Shown piece by piece: positions 62,301 to 64,000 of a stretch of 64,000 nucleotides of DNA. Below the pieces are notes generated by a model that saw nothing but the letters and a program-made list of their open reading frames with translations, was not told the DNA's origin and did not search any database. The number at the start of each line of letters is the position of its first letter. Position 1 is the first letter of the stretch. Both the position numbers and the translations under genes were made by a program. Source of the stretch: Squalus acanthias (lineage: Eukaryota); contig JASTWF010000034.1 in the NCBI GenBank assembly GCA_030390025.1, forward strand, positions 2,852,001 to 2,916,000, given 5' to 3'.

Positions 62301-64000
62301 GGAGAAGTGTAATCTAGGCTGTGCCTGGGAATGAAATTCCTGGACTGAGGTGGGAGCAGTATAATCTAGGCTGTGCCTGGGAATTAAATTCCAGGACTGA
62401 GGCGGGAGCAGTGTAACCTAGGCAGCCCTGGGAATGAAATTCCTGGACTGAGGTGGGAGCAGTGTAATCTAAGCAGCCCTGGGAATGAAATTCCTGGACT
62501 GAGGCAGGAGCAGTGTTAACTAGGCAGCCCTGGGAATGAACTTCCAGGATTGAGGCAGGAGCAGTGTAATGTAGGCAGCCCTGGGAATGAAATTCCTGGA
62601 CTGAGGCAAGAGCAGTGTAATCTAGGCAGCCCTGGGAATGAAATACCTGGAATGAGGCAGGAGCAGTGTAATCTAGGCAGCCCTGGGAATTAAATTCCTG
62701 GATTGAGGCGGGAGCAGTGTAATCTAGGCAGCCCTCTGAATGAAATTCCTGGACTGAGGAGGGAGCAGTGTAACCTAGGCAGCCCTGGGAATGAAATTCC
62801 TGGACTGAGGTGGGAGCAGTGTAATCTAGGCAGCCCTGGGAATGAAATTCCGGGACTGAGGCAGGAGCAGTGTAATCTAGGCAGCCCTGTGAATTAAGTT
62901 CCTGGATTTAGGCGGGAGCAGTGTAATCTAGGCAGCCCTGAGAATGAAATTCCTGGACTGAGGCGGGAGCAGTGTAAACTAGGCAGTCCAGGGAATGAAA
63001 TTACTGGATTGAGGTGGGAGCAGTGTAAACTAGGCGGCCCTGGGAATGAAATTCCTGGATTGAGGCAGGAGCAGTGTAATCTAGGCGGCCTTGGGAAAGA
63101 AATTCCTGTACTGAGGCGGGAGCAGTGTAATCTAGGCGGCCCTGGGAATGAAATTCCTGGATTGAGGTGGAGCAGTGTAATCTAGGCCGCCCTGGGAATG
63201 AAATTCCTGGATTGAGGTGGGAGCAATGTAATCTAGTCGAGTCCCATCGTTCCATCACTGGGATATTCTCTCTGATCCCGCCATTTAAGACCATTTATTT
63301 ATTATTTCTTTAATCCTGATGGCCTGGTATGGAATAAATCAGAGATCTAGTGTGGGGAAATCAATTTTGTCAGTGGTCTAAACAGAGTGCTAAGGTTGTG
63401 AATTTGGAAAGCTTGGGAATTGGAGAGTGGGGGAAGGAGGAGAGAGCGAGAGGAGCGGCCGGAGGTAAAGGTAGGCCAGAGAACCCGGAGCTGGGAGCGA
63501 GTGTTAGGGAGTGAGGTAAGTGACATCAGCACAAGGGAAGACGCTGCAAAGAAAAAATAGCATGTTGATGGTGATTTTTTTGAAGTCTTGAGTTTAATTC
63601 CGTTAAGTTAGTTGGTAGTCTATTAAATAGAGGCATGGCAGGGCACCTCAGTGCCGTGGAATGTACACCTTGTGTCATGTGGGAACTCCAGGACACTTCC
63701 CACGGGTTTCGGAGCTTGAGCAGCAGCTGGCTTCACTGCGGTGCAGCCGTGAGGCTAAGAGCTCCGTGGATAGCACGTTTCAGGAGGTGGTCACCCCGCA
63801 GCATAAGAGTGTGCAGGAAGAGAGGGAATGGATGACCGTCAGACAGACAAGGAGAACCACGCATTTAGTGCAGGAGCCCCATGAGTGCATCTCACTCTCG
63901 AACCAATATTCGATGGGTCCTCTGGGGAGTACAGCCAGAGCCAAGTCCATGGCACCACTGGTGGCTGAGCTGTAGGGGGGCGGGGGCAGGAAGGTCGGGA
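59392..64000 (-). repeat. Inverted near-identical copy of 40035-43821 (CR1 5' ends, SINE/33-bp array, expanded 51-bp array)
   Basis: 59392 pairs with 43821 and 64000 with 40035; mirrored ORFs are almost identical (e.g. 41611-41895 vs 61319-61603). Confidence 0.97.
61765..63240 (-). repeat. 51-bp minisatellite, about 29 units
   Basis: Reverse complement of 40799-41455, about 820 bp longer. Confidence 0.93.

Overview
Repeat-dense vertebrate genomic DNA, most likely from a cartilaginous fish (shark), judging by the CR1 LINEs, V- and Deu-type SINEs, Penelope fragments and GPR139/142-like receptor. The only host gene is a minus-strand class A GPCR. One intact 7TM exon (26652-25751) has two splice-compatible, phase-1 first exons: 35890-35800 and 52382-52160. 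Both sit behind homologous promoter-like sequence but encode very different N-termini. The distal first exon has a triplicated splice-donor cassette and tandem N-glycosylation repeats. A ~4 kb, 27-bp tandem array of YY1-consensus motifs starts ~55 bp after the receptor stop codon. Mobile DNA includes a full-length, disrupted Ty3/Gypsy element (522-4964) with an 11-nt self-complementary PBS and a YLDN RT motif, and a truncated Harbinger whose Myb/SANT start codon abuts the proximal first exon. Also present are a highly palindromic non-autonomous TIR element, a probable ERV solo LTR, Penelope-like fragments with a minimal hammerhead ribozyme, many CR1/L2 fragments and several minisatellites. A near-identical inverted duplication (59392-64000 vs 40035-43821) follows a 500-N gap. 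All calls were made by eye; boundaries of old repeats are approximate.
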